Assembly: GCA_018883075.1 (NCBI GenBank)
Contig: VEQU01000002.1
Coordinates: 8,911-72,910, forward strand
Source of the DNA: Mycobacterium sp.
Lineage (GTDB): Bacteria > Actinomycetota > Actinomycetes > Mycobacteriales > Mycobacteriaceae
Direction: 5' to 3'
Length of the DNA: 64,000 bases
Numbering within the stretch: the first letter of the stretch is position 1; the number at the start of each line of letters is the position of its first letter. Shown piece by piece: positions 10,497 through 20,819 of the stretch. Position numbers and translations under genes: made by a program. The notes under the pieces are model-generated. The model was not told the DNA's origin. It saw nothing but the letters and a program-made list of their open reading frames with translations, and made no database searches.

Positions 10497-12218
10497 CTAC
10501 CCGGCCGGGGCGGGACGCTTTCCGCGGATCAGCTTGCCCGGCCGCGCCGGCGTCGGCACCCCGTTCTCGGCGATCACCTCGCCGGAGACGATCGTGGCGA
10601 CGTAGCCGTCGGCGGCCTGGTCCAGCCGCCGTCCGCCGCCGGGCAGATCGTGGACGATCGTCGGCTTGTGCAGGGTCAGCCCGGCGTGGTCGATCACATT
10701 GAGATCGGCCTTGTAGCCGACGGCGATGCGGCCGCGGTCCTCCAACCCGGCCACCGCCGCCGGTACCGACGTCATCTGACGGACGGCCTCAGCGACGCTC
10801 AGCCGGCCGCTCTCCCGGTCACGAGCCCAGTGCGCCAGGACGAACGTGGGATAGCTTGCGTCGCAGATCATCCCGTAGTGCGCTCCGCCGTCGCCCAGGC
10901 CGAGCACCACATCGTCGCGGCGCATCAGCTCACCGACGGTGTCCAATGAGTTGTTCTCGAAGTTGGCCAGCGCCACCAGCATCATGGCGTGCCCGCCATC
11001 GTCGAGTAGTCGGTCGTAGGCCTCCTCCAGCGGGCTCACCCCGCGCGCGGCGGCGCGGGCCAGAATGCTCTCCTGCGCCGACGGCTCGTAGTTCGCCGGC
11101 TCGGTCATCGGGAACATCCATTGCCACGCCTGCGCGAAGTACATGAACGGATGACCCTCGCCCGGCTTGTCCGCCAGGATCCGCTCACGCACCTCGGGCT
11201 TGCGCATCTCTGCGACCCGTTGCGCCAACGGCAGATCGGCGATCTCCTGGTAGCTCGGATAGAGCGCGAACGGGTTCGCGGTGAGTTCCAGTCCGATCAC
11301 CAGTCCGATGGGCCGGGCGAACACCTGCGCGGTGATCTGACTTCCTGCGGCGTTGAACTTCTCGATCAGGTTCACCGCGCCAGGCCAGATCGGCTCGCCG
11401 GAATTGCCCGTTGTGAGGGTGAACGTCACCGGAACGCCGGCCTCGGCCGCCGCCTCGAACACCTGCGCAAGCACCGGCTCGTACCCGCCCGCCGGCAGGT
11501 CGGGGATGAACTGGAGCAGGCCGCCCCCGGCATCCGCCACACCGCCGACGATCGCGGCGATCTCGTCGTAGGCCGCCTCGTAGGTCGGGATGAAATCACC
11601 GCTGCCGGTCTTGTGGAAGGCGAATCGCGACGACGAGACACCCAGTGCGCCGACCTCGATGGCCTCGGCGGCCAGTTTGCGCATCAGCGCAAGGTCCTCC
11701 GGCGTGGCCGGCTCGCGGTCCGCGCCTCGCTGTCCCATGACGTACACCCGCAGCGGCGAGTGCGGAAGGTAGGCGGCGACGTCGATATCGCGGCGCCGTG
11801 AATCCAGCGCATCGAGGTACTCCGGGAAGGTCTCCCAGTCCCACGGCAGGCCGTCGGTCATCACCACCCCGGGAATGTCCTCGACGCCGGCCATCACGTC
11901 GACGAGAACATCGTGGTCCTCGGGCCGGCACGGGGCGAAGCCGACGCCGCAGTTGCCCATCAGGGCGGTCGTCACCCCGTGTGAGGACGACGGCGAGCAG
12001 CGGTCCGACCAGATCGCCTGACCGTCGTAGTGGGTGTGCAGATCGACGAAGCCGGGCGTGACGAGCAGGCCGGCGGCGTCGATCTCACGGGTTCCGGAAC
12101 CGTCGACGGCGCCGACGGCGACGATCACGCCGCCCGAGACCGCGACGTCGCCCCGATACGGTTCGCCGCCGAGGCCGTCGACGATGGTGCCATTGCGGAT
12201 GACCAGGTCGTAGCTCAT
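10497..12218 (-). CDS. N-acyl-D-amino-acid deacylase family amidohydrolase
   Basis: MSYDLVIRNGTIVDG, PGFVDLHTHYD, GNCGVGFAP, DGGAH; TACCCT -10 hexamer 7 nt before ATG. Confidence 0.9.
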   Translation of the reverse strand: MSYDLVIRNGTIVDGLGGEPYRGDVAVSGGVIVAVGAVDGSGTREIDAAGLLVTPGFVDLHTHYDGQAIWSDRCSPSSSHGVTTALMGNCGVGFAPCRPEDHDVLVDVMAGVEDIPGVVMTDGLPWDWETFPEYLDALDSRRRDIDVAAYLPHSPLRVYVMGQRGADREPATPEDLALMRKLAAEAIEVGALGVSSSRFAFHKTGSGDFIPTYEAAYDEIAAIVGGVADAGGGLLQFIPDLPAGGYEPVLAQVFEAAAEAGVPVTFTLTTGNSGEPIWPGAVNLIEKFNAAGSQITAQVFARPIGLVIGLELTANPFALYPSYQEIADLPLAQRVAEMRKPEVRERILADKPGEGHPFMYFAQAWQWMFPMTEPANYEPSAQESILARAAARGVSPLEEAYDRLLDDGGHAMMLVALANFENNSLDTVGELMRRDDVVLGLGDGGAHYGMICDASYPTFVLAHWARDRESGRLSVAEAVRQMTSVPAAVAGLEDRGRIAVGYKADLNVIDHAGLTLHKPTIVHDLPGGGRRLDQAADGYVATIVSGEVIAENGVPTPARPGKLIRGKRPAPAG

Positions 12219-12260
12219 AGCACTCAGGGTAGCGTCGGCACTGGGGGTAGCGTCGCGACG

Positions 12261-12764
12261 ATGGACGTCCCGGCCGCTCGCGAAATCCTGCGCGACTCTT
12301 TCACCCGGATCATCGAGCACGTCGATGATCTGACCGACGACCTCACCGATGACGTCTCGTTCTACCGCCCCGCGCCCGGCGCGAACAGCATCGCCTGGCT
12401 GATCTGGCACAGCGCCCGCATCACCGACGCCCAGCTCGCCCAGATCACCGGAACGCCTCAGGTGTGGGAGCACTGGGTGGACCGGTTCGCCCTCGACCTG
12501 CCGCGGGATGCCCACGGCTACGGCCACACGCCCGCGGAGGTGGCCAAGGTGCGGCCTACGGCCGATCTGCTTTCCGGCTACTACCATGCGGTGCACAAGG
12601 CGACCCTGGAATACATCGCCGGCATCACCGCCGACGAACTCGCCCGGGTGGTCGACGAGAACTGGAGTCCGCCCGTGACAGCGAGTGTCCGTCTGGTCAG
12701 CATCATCGACGACTGCGCCCAGCATCTGGGCCAGGCGGCGTATCTGCGGGGGATCGCGCCCTGA
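12261..12764 (+). CDS. DinB-family mycothiol S-transferase (Rv0443-like)
   Basis: ANSIAWLIWH, GYGH, DDCAQHLGQAAY. Confidence 0.9.
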   Translation: MDVPAAREILRDSFTRIIEHVDDLTDDLTDDVSFYRPAPGANSIAWLIWHSARITDAQLAQITGTPQVWEHWVDRFALDLPRDAHGYGHTPAEVAKVRPTADLLSGYYHAVHKATLEYIAGITADELARVVDENWSPPVTASVRLVSIIDDCAQHLGQAAYLRGIAP

Positions 12765-13315
12765 TCGACAAGGCTCTCCTCGGCTGGCCCTCCGTCGGCT
12801 TGCCGCTGATGGTTCTGCTCGGCCTGGGTGTGCGCGACGGCGCGACGCCGGTGGACGCCTGGATGCAGCAGGCCCGCGGCGGCCCGCTCAGCGCGCTGCT
12901 GGTCTTCACCGATTACCGGACAGCCCAGGTGCTGCTGTTGATCGCGGTGGCGGCGGCGGCGTACCGCAGGATGTGGGCGCTGCTGCCGGTGATCGTGGTG
13001 GTGCCGATCGCGTCGGTGTGGGCGGCGCGTGCCCTCAAGCCCGTCTTCGGCCGGTTCAAGGAGGACGGCCTGGCCTATCCCAGCGGTCACACCACGCTGA
13101 TGATCGCCGTGCTGGGCATGCTGATCCTGGCCATCGGTGTGCGGCGGTGGCTGCTGTGGACGGCCACGTTGTTCGCCCTGCTCGGCATCCTCGGCCAATC
13201 GGTCACCTACCACTACTTCACCGACGCCGTGGGTGCGCTTCTGCTCGGAACGTCGCTGGTGTGCCTGGTCGCCGCAGTGTTGCGACGGTCGAGACTTCTG
13301 CGAGTTCTTCGATGA
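12761..13315 (+). CDS. PAP2-family membrane phosphatase-like protein (start uncertain: CTG 12761 or ATG 12809)
   Basis: KPVFGR, YPSGH, YHYFTD PAP2 motifs; multiple TM helices. Confidence 0.8.
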   Translation: MIDKALLGWPSVGLPLMVLLGLGVRDGATPVDAWMQQARGGPLSALLVFTDYRTAQVLLLIAVAAAAYRRMWALLPVIVVVPIASVWAARALKPVFGRFKEDGLAYPSGHTTLMIAVLGMLILAIGVRRWLLWTATLFALLGILGQSVTYHYFTDAVGALLLGTSLVCLVAAVLRRSRLLRVLR

Positions 13316-14172
13316 GGGCTATCCGCTCGATGGCCACCGGCGTGCTGTGGCTGCTCACCACCGTCCTGCTTGCCGTCGCGCTCCCGGCGATGTGGGCCCA
13401 GCACAATCTGATCGACGGCGACGGCTATGCGGCACTGGCGCAGCGGGCCGCCGGCGATCCGCAGTTACAGGCCGCGATGGCGACGGAGTTGACCACCCAG
13501 GTGGGCCGGCTCAGTTCGTCCGCCGACGCGACGATGGTCAGCGGTATCGCGAAGGCCTACACGGCAAGCTCGTCGTTCCCGGTGCAGTTCGCGGCGGCGA
13601 ACACCTTCGCCCACCGTTGGCTGTTCACCGACTCAGTGGATACCCGTGTCGATCCGCAGGGCCGCTGGGTGATCGATCTCGCGCCGATGCTGTCCGACAC
13701 AGCCTTCGCCCAGACTTTGCGCGACTACAACATCACCGTGGACGCATCGGTCCCGATCGCGCTGACCGACAAGGCCCCGGCGTCCCTGCGGCCCGGGTCG
13801 CTGCGCGAGTATGCGGCATGGGGGCCGTGGGTCAGCTGGTCGCTGGCCGCGCTGACCGCCGCAGCGGCACTCTTGTTGCTGTACACCTCGGTCCGGCACG
13901 GCAAGGCGCTCGCCGCCCTTGGGGTTTCGGCTCTTCTGGTCGGTGCTGCCGGTTGGGCCGCGATGGAGGTCGGCCGGCGCTATCTGCGGACCGCCCTGGA
14001 CGACGGAACCTCCGGCACCGCGCGCCGCGTCGCCGACGTCATGGTGGCCACCGCGCAGGACAGCATGCACCAGTGGCTCAACATCACGTTGATCGTCGGC
14101 GGGGGACTGGTACTCGTCGGCGTGATCGTGTCGCTGCTAGCCGGGCTTGCCAAGCATCCGGCGAAGAAATGA
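13312..14172 (+). CDS. Conserved membrane protein
   Basis: ATGA overlap with upstream stop; N-terminal TM and three C-terminal TM segments. Confidence 0.8.
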   Translation: MRAIRSMATGVLWLLTTVLLAVALPAMWAQHNLIDGDGYAALAQRAAGDPQLQAAMATELTTQVGRLSSSADATMVSGIAKAYTASSSFPVQFAAANTFAHRWLFTDSVDTRVDPQGRWVIDLAPMLSDTAFAQTLRDYNITVDASVPIALTDKAPASLRPGSLREYAAWGPWVSWSLAALTAAAALLLLYTSVRHGKALAALGVSALLVGAAGWAAMEVGRRYLRTALDDGTSGTARRVADVMVATAQDSMHQWLNITLIVGGGLVLVGVIVSLLAGLAKHPAKK

Positions 14173-16152
14173 GAACGCGAGCGCGGATTTGAACGCGGTC
14201 TGGGCGTTGTCCGCGGCGCCGGCATGCCCGCCTTCGATGTTCTCGTAGTACAGGACCTGCTGGCCCGCCGCCTCCAGTGCGGCCGTCATCTTGCGCGCGT
14301 GCCCGGGATGCACCCGGTCGTCGCGGGTGGACGTGGTGATCAGGACGGGCGGATACCGCGTGGCGGTTCCGATGTTCTGGTAGGGCGAGTACTGCGAGAT
14401 GAACTCCCACTCCCGCGGGTCGTCCGGGTCGCCGTACTCGGCGATCCATGACGCCCCGGCGAGCAGCAGGTGGAAGCGCTTCATGTCCAGCAGTGGAACC
14501 TGGCACACCAGTGCGCCGAACAGTTTCGGGTATTTGGTCAGCATGATCCCCATCAGCAGACCGCCGTTGCTCCCGCCCTGCGCTCCGAGTTGCGCGGGCG
14601 TGGTGATGCCGCGCGCGACCAGATCGCGGGCCACCGCGGCGAAGTCCTCGGCGACCTTGTGCCGGCCCTCGCGCACCGCCTGGGTGTGCCAGCGTGGCCC
14701 GTACTCGCCGCCGCCGCGGATGTTCGCCAGCACGTATGCGCCGCCGTGCGAGAGCCACAGCCGGCCGAGAACACCGCCGTAGCCTGGTGTCTGCGCCACC
14801 TCGAATCCGCCGTACCCGCCGAGCAGTGTCGGTGCGGGCGACCCCGAATCCAGCCGTCCCACAACGAAGTACGGGATCTGCGTACCGTCATCGGATGTCG
14901 CGAAGTGCTGTGCCACCCCCATCTTCGATGCGTCGAAGAACGACGGCGCGGTCTTGATCGACTCAAGTGGGCTGCCCGCCGCACCGTGCAGCAGGGTCGA
15001 CGGTGTGAGGAATCCGCTGGAATCGAGGAAGATCTCGTCTCCGGTGTCGTCGGCGGCGACGATGACGGTGGTGCTGCTCGGCGGGCAGCCGTCCACCGGC
15101 TCACGGGTCCACGATCCCGGTGTGACGATCTCGACCCGGCTCGCCACATCGGCGAGGGTGACCATCACCAGCTTGTCGCGTGTCCACGAGTACTGGTGCA
15201 GACAGGTGCGCTCATCGGGTTCGAAGACGATGGTGGGTGTCGCCGTGCCGGCGACGAACTCCTCGTAGTCCGCGGCCAGCAGCGAACCCGCTCGGAAGTC
15301 GGCGGTGCCGGTGTGCCAGTCGGTGCGCAGTTCGATCAGTAGCCAGTCGCGGTGCACCGAGACTCCCGCGTCGGTGGGCGCGCCGATGCGCACCAGCTCG
15401 CCGGACCGCAACTGGTAGGTCTCGTCGTTGTAGAAGTCGATCGCCCGGGTGATCAGCGTGCGCTCGTAGCCCGGTGTGCGGTCGGCCCCGGCCGCGACGA
15501 TGACATCGGTGCTCGACCCGGTGAACAGCGTCTCGGCCTCGGCCAGCGGCTGCCCCCGCCGCCAGCGTTTCACGATCCGCGGATACCCGGACTCGGTCAG
15601 CGAGCCCGGCCCGAAGTCGGTGCCCACCAGCAGGGTGTCGTGGTCCTCCCAGCCGACCCTCGACTTGGCCTCGGGAAGTTCGAAACCGCCCGGCACGAAG
15701 GACTTCGTCCGCATGTCGAACTCGCGAACCACACCGGCGTCGGATCCGCCCCGGGACAACGAGATCAGGGCCACGGTGTGGTCCGGCTCGATGACGTCCG
15801 CGCCGGACCACACCCAGTTCTCGCCTTCGGTGCGGGCCAGGTCGTCGAGGTCGATCAGCACCTCCCAGTCGGGATCGTCGCCGCGGTAGCTCTCCAGCGT
15901 GGTGCGCCGCCACAACCCCTTCGGGTTGGCAGCGTCGCGCCAGAAGTTGTAGAGATAGCGACCGCGGCGACGCACGTACGGGATGCGCGCATCGGTGTCG
16001 AGCACCTCCAGTGCCTGTGCCCGCATCCGCTCGAACTCGGGGCCGGCGAACTGTGCGACGCATTCGTCGTTGCGTTCACGGACCCAGGCCAGGGCGTCGT
16101 CGCCGTCGATGTCCTCCAGCCACAGATGCGGGTCCTCGACCATGGCCGCCAT
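14137..16152 (-). CDS. Prolyl oligopeptidase family serine peptidase (Rv0457c-like)
   Basis: DPHLWLE, GGSNGG nucleophile motif, DDRVHP, GGH. Confidence 0.93.
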   Translation of the reverse strand: MAAMVEDPHLWLEDIDGDDALAWVRERNDECVAQFAGPEFERMRAQALEVLDTDARIPYVRRRGRYLYNFWRDAANPKGLWRRTTLESYRGDDPDWEVLIDLDDLARTEGENWVWSGADVIEPDHTVALISLSRGGSDAGVVREFDMRTKSFVPGGFELPEAKSRVGWEDHDTLLVGTDFGPGSLTESGYPRIVKRWRRGQPLAEAETLFTGSSTDVIVAAGADRTPGYERTLITRAIDFYNDETYQLRSGELVRIGAPTDAGVSVHRDWLLIELRTDWHTGTADFRAGSLLAADYEEFVAGTATPTIVFEPDERTCLHQYSWTRDKLVMVTLADVASRVEIVTPGSWTREPVDGCPPSSTTVIVAADDTGDEIFLDSSGFLTPSTLLHGAAGSPLESIKTAPSFFDASKMGVAQHFATSDDGTQIPYFVVGRLDSGSPAPTLLGGYGGFEVAQTPGYGGVLGRLWLSHGGAYVLANIRGGGEYGPRWHTQAVREGRHKVAEDFAAVARDLVARGITTPAQLGAQGGSNGGLLMGIMLTKYPKLFGALVCQVPLLDMKRFHLLLAGASWIAEYGDPDDPREWEFISQYSPYQNIGTATRYPPVLITTSTRDDRVHPGHARKMTAALEAAGQQVLYYENIEGGHAGAADNAQTAFKSALAFSFLRRMLGKPG

Positions 16153-16234
16153 TGTCGCCCCCGGAGTACTGTGAGCTGCGTTACACCAGACCAGACAGAC
16201 CAGACAGAGCAGGGCCGCGGCACAGGAGTCGGAT

Positions 16235-16642
16235 ATGACGGTTGACGCCCAGGGTGTCCCGCCCCGGGTGCTGATCACCGATCCGGCGGCCGAACTGCTG
16301 AACCGGCTGCGCGACCGGCACGGCCCGGTCATGTTCCACCAGTCGGGCGGCTGCTGCGACGGCTCGTCGCCGATGTGTTACCCGCAGGGCGAGTTCATCG
16401 TCGGTGAGCGCGACGTCCTGCTCGGTGTCGTCGACGGCGCACCGGTGTGGATCTCCGGACCGCAGTTCGAGGTCTGGAAGCACACGCAGGTCACCATCGA
16501 CGTCGTTGCGGGCCGTGGCGGCGGGTTCAGCCTGGAGGCGCCCGAGGGTGTGCGATTCCTGATCAGGGGCCGGGCGTTCACCGCCGAGGAGAACGAGGCA
16601 CTGGCCGCGAGTCCGCCGCTCACCGGGGCCGATCACGGCTGA
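16235..16642 (+). CDS. DUF779 family protein (Rv0459-like)
   Basis: MFHQSGGCCDGSSPMCYP, GRGGGFSLEAPEG. Confidence 0.92.
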   Translation: MTVDAQGVPPRVLITDPAAELLNRLRDRHGPVMFHQSGGCCDGSSPMCYPQGEFIVGERDVLLGVVDGAPVWISGPQFEVWKHTQVTIDVVAGRGGGFSLEAPEGVRFLIRGRAFTAEENEALAASPPLTGADHG

Positions 16643-16711
16643 GAATTAGCAGGTCGGCACGCCGGAGCGGCTCCCCGGCAGACGCCCTTAGGCTCGGTAT
16701 CGTCACCAAAC

Positions 16712-16990
16712 GTGATACCCCTGCCTCGGGCATGGCTGCTCACAGGCGCCCTGCTTCTCGGCTGTGTCGCGGGCCAGATCGCCGCGGTCGTCACCAAGCT
16801 CGCCGTCGACACCACGGTTCGGCCCGATCTCGTGGTCGCACTCGTCGTCGCGGTGCCGAGCCTGCTGGGGTTGCTGCTCGTGGTGGCCTCGGGCCGACGG
16901 TGGGTGACGACGCTCGGCGCCTTCATCCTGGCCATGGCGCCGGGCTGGCTGTCGGTACTGCTTCTCATCCAGGTGGTGTCCAATGACTGA
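16712..16990 (+). CDS. Small membrane protein (Rv0460-like, often labelled 'putative holin')
   Basis: MIPLPRAWLL..., three TM helices, syntenic upstream of lpdC. Confidence 0.8.
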   Translation: MIPLPRAWLLTGALLLGCVAGQIAAVVTKLAVDTTVRPDLVVALVVAVPSLLGLLLVVASGRRWVTTLGAFILAMAPGWLSVLLLIQVVSND

Positions 16991-17630
16991 TACCGCTTCA
17001 CCGATAACCGGGCCGACGCCCGCACCTATCACCGGGCCGACGCCTGACCCGATGTTCGACTCAGGCCCCCTCGAAGGCCCCCGGGAAGGCCTCCCGACCA
17101 ACACCGAACCCCATCACGCGCCGATCTTCGACACCGGCCCGCACCCCGACCCCCTGCAGCCGGCATCCCGGGACGATTCCCCGGACGCACCCCAGGAGCC
17201 GGGGCCGCAGGCGTTCAGCGAATCCGAGAGCGTCGACACCGACGCCTTCCTGCGATCGGTGACCGGCCATCTGCCGCCGGTGGTCATCGCCGCCAAACCC
17301 CTCGCCGTGCCCGGGACCTATCAGTTCGTGAAGCGCTGGCGCTTCGCGCTCATCGTCGCCGGGGTGTGGGTACTGGCCGCCGCGGCGGGACTCGGCTTCT
17401 ACTTCTGGTGGTACACCTCGCTGGACAAGACGCTGCCGGTGCTCGGCATCCTGCTGTACGTCGTCGCCGCCATGGTGGCCAGCCTGCTGGTCTCGATGAT
17501 CCCCGACCGCCCGCATCTCACCGCCCTGGCGATCGCGCTGATGGCGATCCCGCTGGCATCGATGGCCGCCGCTGCGCTGCTGCACGGCGCCTACTACTTC
17601 GAATGGATCGCCCGCCCGGCTATCGGTTAG
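16983..17630 (+). CDS. Membrane protein (Rv0461-like)
   Basis: Pro-rich N-terminus, VPGTYQFVKRW, three TM helices. Confidence 0.82.
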   Translation: MTDTASPITGPTPAPITGPTPDPMFDSGPLEGPREGLPTNTEPHHAPIFDTGPHPDPLQPASRDDSPDAPQEPGPQAFSESESVDTDAFLRSVTGHLPPVVIAAKPLAVPGTYQFVKRWRFALIVAGVWVLAAAAGLGFYFWWYTSLDKTLPVLGILLYVVAAMVASLLVSMIPDRPHLTALAIALMAIPLASMAAAALLHGAYYFEWIARPAIG

Positions 17631-17645
17631 AGCTAGGGTAACGGC

Positions 17646-19040
17646 GTGACCGATTACGACGTCGTCGTCCTCGGCGCCGGACCCGGGGGGTACGTCGCCG
17701 CGATCCGATGCGCACAGTTAGGCCTGCGCACCGCCATCATCGAACCCAAGTACTGGGGCGGGGTCTGCCTCAACGTGGGCTGCATCCCCTCCAAGGCGTT
17801 GTTGCGCAACGCGGAACTGACGCACATCGTCACCAAGGAGGCGGCGGAATTCGGCTTCAGCGGCCAGGTCACCGCCGACTTCGGGGCGGCGTTCGACCGC
17901 AGCCGCAAGGTGGCCGACGGCCGGGTCGCCGGCGTGCACTACCTGATGAAGAAGAACAAGATCACCGAGATCCACGGGTACGGCCGTTTCACCGACGCCA
18001 ACACGATCGTCATCGACCTCAACGACGGCGGCACTCAGACCGTCACGTTCGCCAACGTGATCATCGCCACCGGCAGCAGCACCCGGTTGATCCCCGGGAC
18101 ATCGCTGTCGCGCAACGTCGTCACCTACGAAGAACAGATCCTCGACCGCGACCTGCCGCGCTCCATCGTCATCGCCGGCGCCGGCGCGATCGGCATGGAG
18201 TTCGCCTATGTCATGGTCAACTACGGCGTCGACGTCACGATCGTGGAATTCCTGCCCCGAGCGCTGCCCAACGAGGACTCCGAGGTCTCCAAGGAGATCG
18301 AGAAGCAGTACAAGAAACTCGGCGTGAAGATCATGACCGGAACCAAGGTCGAGTCCATCACCGATGACGGGTCATCGGTCACCGTGGTCGTCAGCAAGGA
18401 CGGCAAAACCGAGGAACTCAAGGCCGACAAGGTGATGCAGGCGATCGGGTTCGCCCCCAACGTCGAGGGCTTCGGGCTGGAGACCACCGGCGTCGCGCTG
18501 ACCGACCGGCGCGCCATCGCCATCGACGACCACATGCGCACCAACGTGGGGCACATCTACGCAGTCGGTGACGTCACCGCCAAACTGCAATTGGCCCATG
18601 TGGCCGAGGCGATGGGCGTGGTGGCCGCGGAGACCATCGGCGGCGCCGAGACGCTCACCCTGGGCGATTACCGGATGATGCCGCGAGCGACGTTCTGCCA
18701 GCCGCAGGTCGCCAGTTTCGGGCTGACCGAGCAGCAGGCTCGCGACGAGGGCTACGACGTGAAAGTGGCCAAGTTCCCGTTCACGGCCAACGGCAAGGCG
18801 CACGGTCTGGCCGACCCCACCGGCTTCGTGAAGGTGATCGCCGACGGCAAGTACGGCGAACTGCTGGGCGCGCACCTCATCGGACCCGACGTCTCCGAGT
18901 TGGTGCCCGAACTGACGCTGGCGCAGAAGTGGGATCTGACCGTCAACGAACTCAGCCGCAATGTGCACATCCATCCGACGCTGTCCGAGGCGCTACAGGA
19001 ATGCTTCCACGGCCTGGCCGGCCACATGATCAACTTCTAG
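17646..19040 (+). CDS. lpdC: Dihydrolipoamide dehydrogenase
   Basis: [20 protein letters not shown] redox-active disulfide, HIHPTLSE. Confidence 0.97.
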   Translation: MTDYDVVVLGAGPGGYVAAIRCAQLGLRTAIIEPKYWGGVCLNVGCIPSKALLRNAELTHIVTKEAAEFGFSGQVTADFGAAFDRSRKVADGRVAGVHYLMKKNKITEIHGYGRFTDANTIVIDLNDGGTQTVTFANVIIATGSSTRLIPGTSLSRNVVTYEEQILDRDLPRSIVIAGAGAIGMEFAYVMVNYGVDVTIVEFLPRALPNEDSEVSKEIEKQYKKLGVKIMTGTKVESITDDGSSVTVVVSKDGKTEELKADKVMQAIGFAPNVEGFGLETTGVALTDRRAIAIDDHMRTNVGHIYAVGDVTAKLQLAHVAEAMGVVAAETIGGAETLTLGDYRMMPRATFCQPQVASFGLTEQQARDEGYDVKVAKFPFTANGKAHGLADPTGFVKVIADGKYGELLGAHLIGPDVSELVPELTLAQKWDLTVNELSRNVHIHPTLSEALQECFHGLAGHMINF

Positions 19041-19309
19041 TGAGACAGATCGTCGTCGCCGGCGTCGGCGGGGTTCTCATAGGTCACATCGTCTGGCTGC
19101 TCGGGATCTCGCTGGCCAGACGTGCGCCGTCGGTCAGCACCGCGGTGCTGGTGCTGTCCGTCGTCCTGCTGGGGGCGTCGGGCTGGGTGGGATACCAGGC
19201 GTGGCAGCGTTATCAGCGCAAGGAGATGGTCCCGGCGGCGTTTCTGGCGGGACTGCCGGTGTCGCCGGTCATCTTCACGCTCATCGTGCTGGGCGTCACC
19301 TACATCTAG
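19040..19309 (+). CDS. Small membrane protein (Rv0463-like)
   Basis: GTG overlapping lpdC stop; GHIVWL...LGVTYI, three TM helices. Confidence 0.78.
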   Translation: MRQIVVAGVGGVLIGHIVWLLGISLARRAPSVSTAVLVLSVVLLGASGWVGYQAWQRYQRKEMVPAAFLAGLPVSPVIFTLIVLGVTYI

Positions 19310-19328
19310 TCGGGCGCCCAATAGGTGA

Positions 19329-19877
19329 CTAATCGGGGAAGTCCATCCGGACGCGAAGCGTCGCCAAGATCGCTGCGATGGCGTCGTAATGCCCTGCCAG
19401 GGCGCAGAATTCGATGATCTGCTCCGCCGTGAGATGCGCGCGGAGCGCGCAGTAGGTCGCATCGGAGAGATCGCGGTCACCGATGAACTCGTCCACCGCC
19501 CGCAGCAGCGCGAGCTGGCGGGTACTCAGCGCGCCTGCATCGGGGCCATCCGGCCCGGCGAAGATGCGCTGCTGCGTCGCGGTGTCCAGGCCGCGGGAAC
19601 GCGCGAGGCGGCGGTGTTGCTGCAGTTCGTACTCGGAGCCGCGCAGGTGCCCGACCCGCAGGATCACCAGCTCCTTGTCCTGCTTGCTCAGCTTGCCCCA
19701 GTTGAGCAGTAGCCCCGAGTACGGCAGGAACGACAGGAACAGCAGCCGGTGCCGGCCCAGGGTGGTGAACAGGTGCATCTCGGGTGCCCGGATGGATCGC
19801 GCCGCCACCCGCGAGATCGCCCAGTTCACCAAGCCGAGTTCCCGCCGGCCGCCGGGGCCGATCCGTTCGCGGGTCAT
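19329..19877 (-). CDS. Carboxymuconolactone decarboxylase (AhpD-like) family protein (Rv0464c-like)
   Basis: ELVILRVGHLRGSEYELQQH motif. Confidence 0.88.
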   Translation of the reverse strand: MTRERIGPGGRRELGLVNWAISRVAARSIRAPEMHLFTTLGRHRLLFLSFLPYSGLLLNWGKLSKQDKELVILRVGHLRGSEYELQQHRRLARSRGLDTATQQRIFAGPDGPDAGALSTRQLALLRAVDEFIGDRDLSDATYCALRAHLTAEQIIEFCALAGHYDAIAAILATLRVRMDFPD

Positions 19878-20000
19878 GACGCTTCCCTCACGGCAGACAC
19901 CCTAGTTCGGCGTCCGGCTGACGTTGGCTTTCAGCAGGGCCTTTGGCATGATCGCCACGGGCGGGCGGGACTCGGCAGGCGGGGAGGGGAGAGGCGTTCG

Positions 20001-20819
20001 ATGGTGAGCAGCGGTACCGCAGCGACGGGACTGGCGAAGATGTTGATGGCGGTTCCCGATCCGCATCCCGACGTCTTCGAGCGGCGGTGGCCGTTGCGGC
20101 CGGCCGATGTGGACCGGCTCGGCAGGCTGCGTATGGATGCCGCGCTGCGCCACATTCAGGACATCGGCCAGGACCACCTGCGCGAGATGGGGCACAACGA
20201 CACCCACCCGTTGTGGATCGTGCGACGCGCGATGGTCGACATGATCGAGCCGATCGAGTTCCAGGACATGCTGCGGCTGCGCCGGTGGTGCTCCGGTGCG
20301 TCCAATCGGTGGTGCGAGATGCGGGTCCGCATCGAGGGCCGCCGGGGCGGGCTCATCGAGTCCGAAGCGTTCTGGATCAACTTCAATCGCGAGACCCAGG
20401 GCCCCGCCCGGATCGCAGACGACTTCATGGACGGCCTGCTGAAGACCACCGACGTCGACCGGTTGCGGTGGAAGTCCTACCTCAAGGCCGGATCCCGCGA
20501 GGACGCCGACGAGATCCGTGAGTTCCCCATCCGGGTCAGCGATATCGACTTGTTCGACCACGTCAACAATTCGGTGTACTGGAAGGTGGTCGAGGAGTTT
20601 CTCGCACCGCACCCCGAGTTGCTCGAGGCGCCTCTTCGGGTCACCATCGAACATGACGCCGCCGTGGCGTACGGCGAGCGCCTGGAGATCCTCTCCCACG
20701 TGTACCCGCCCGGTTCCACCGACAAGTTCGGTCCCGAACTCACCGACCGCACGGTGCGCACCCTCACCTATCTCGTCGGCGATCAGGTGAAGGCCGTCGC
20801 CTGCATCTTCGCGCTCTAG
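20001..20819 (+). CDS. Acyl-ACP thioesterase (Rv0466-like)
   Basis: WPLRPADVDRLGRLRMD, DIDLFDHVNNSVY double hotdog motifs. Confidence 0.9.
   Translation: MVSSGTAATGLAKMLMAVPDPHPDVFERRWPLRPADVDRLGRLRMDAALRHIQDIGQDHLREMGHNDTHPLWIVRRAMVDMIEPIEFQDMLRLRRWCSGASNRWCEMRVRIEGRRGGLIESEAFWINFNRETQGPARIADDFMDGLLKTTDVDRLRWKSYLKAGSREDADEIREFPIRVSDIDLFDHVNNSVYWKVVEEFLAPHPELLEAPLRVTIEHDAAVAYGERLEILSHVYPPGSTDKFGPELTDRTVRTLTYLVGDQVKAVACIFAL

Noticed and set aside
16712-16990. Holin-like gene as a prophage sign
   Set aside because: Syntenic core gene (Rv0460-like) before lpdC; no phage genes nearby
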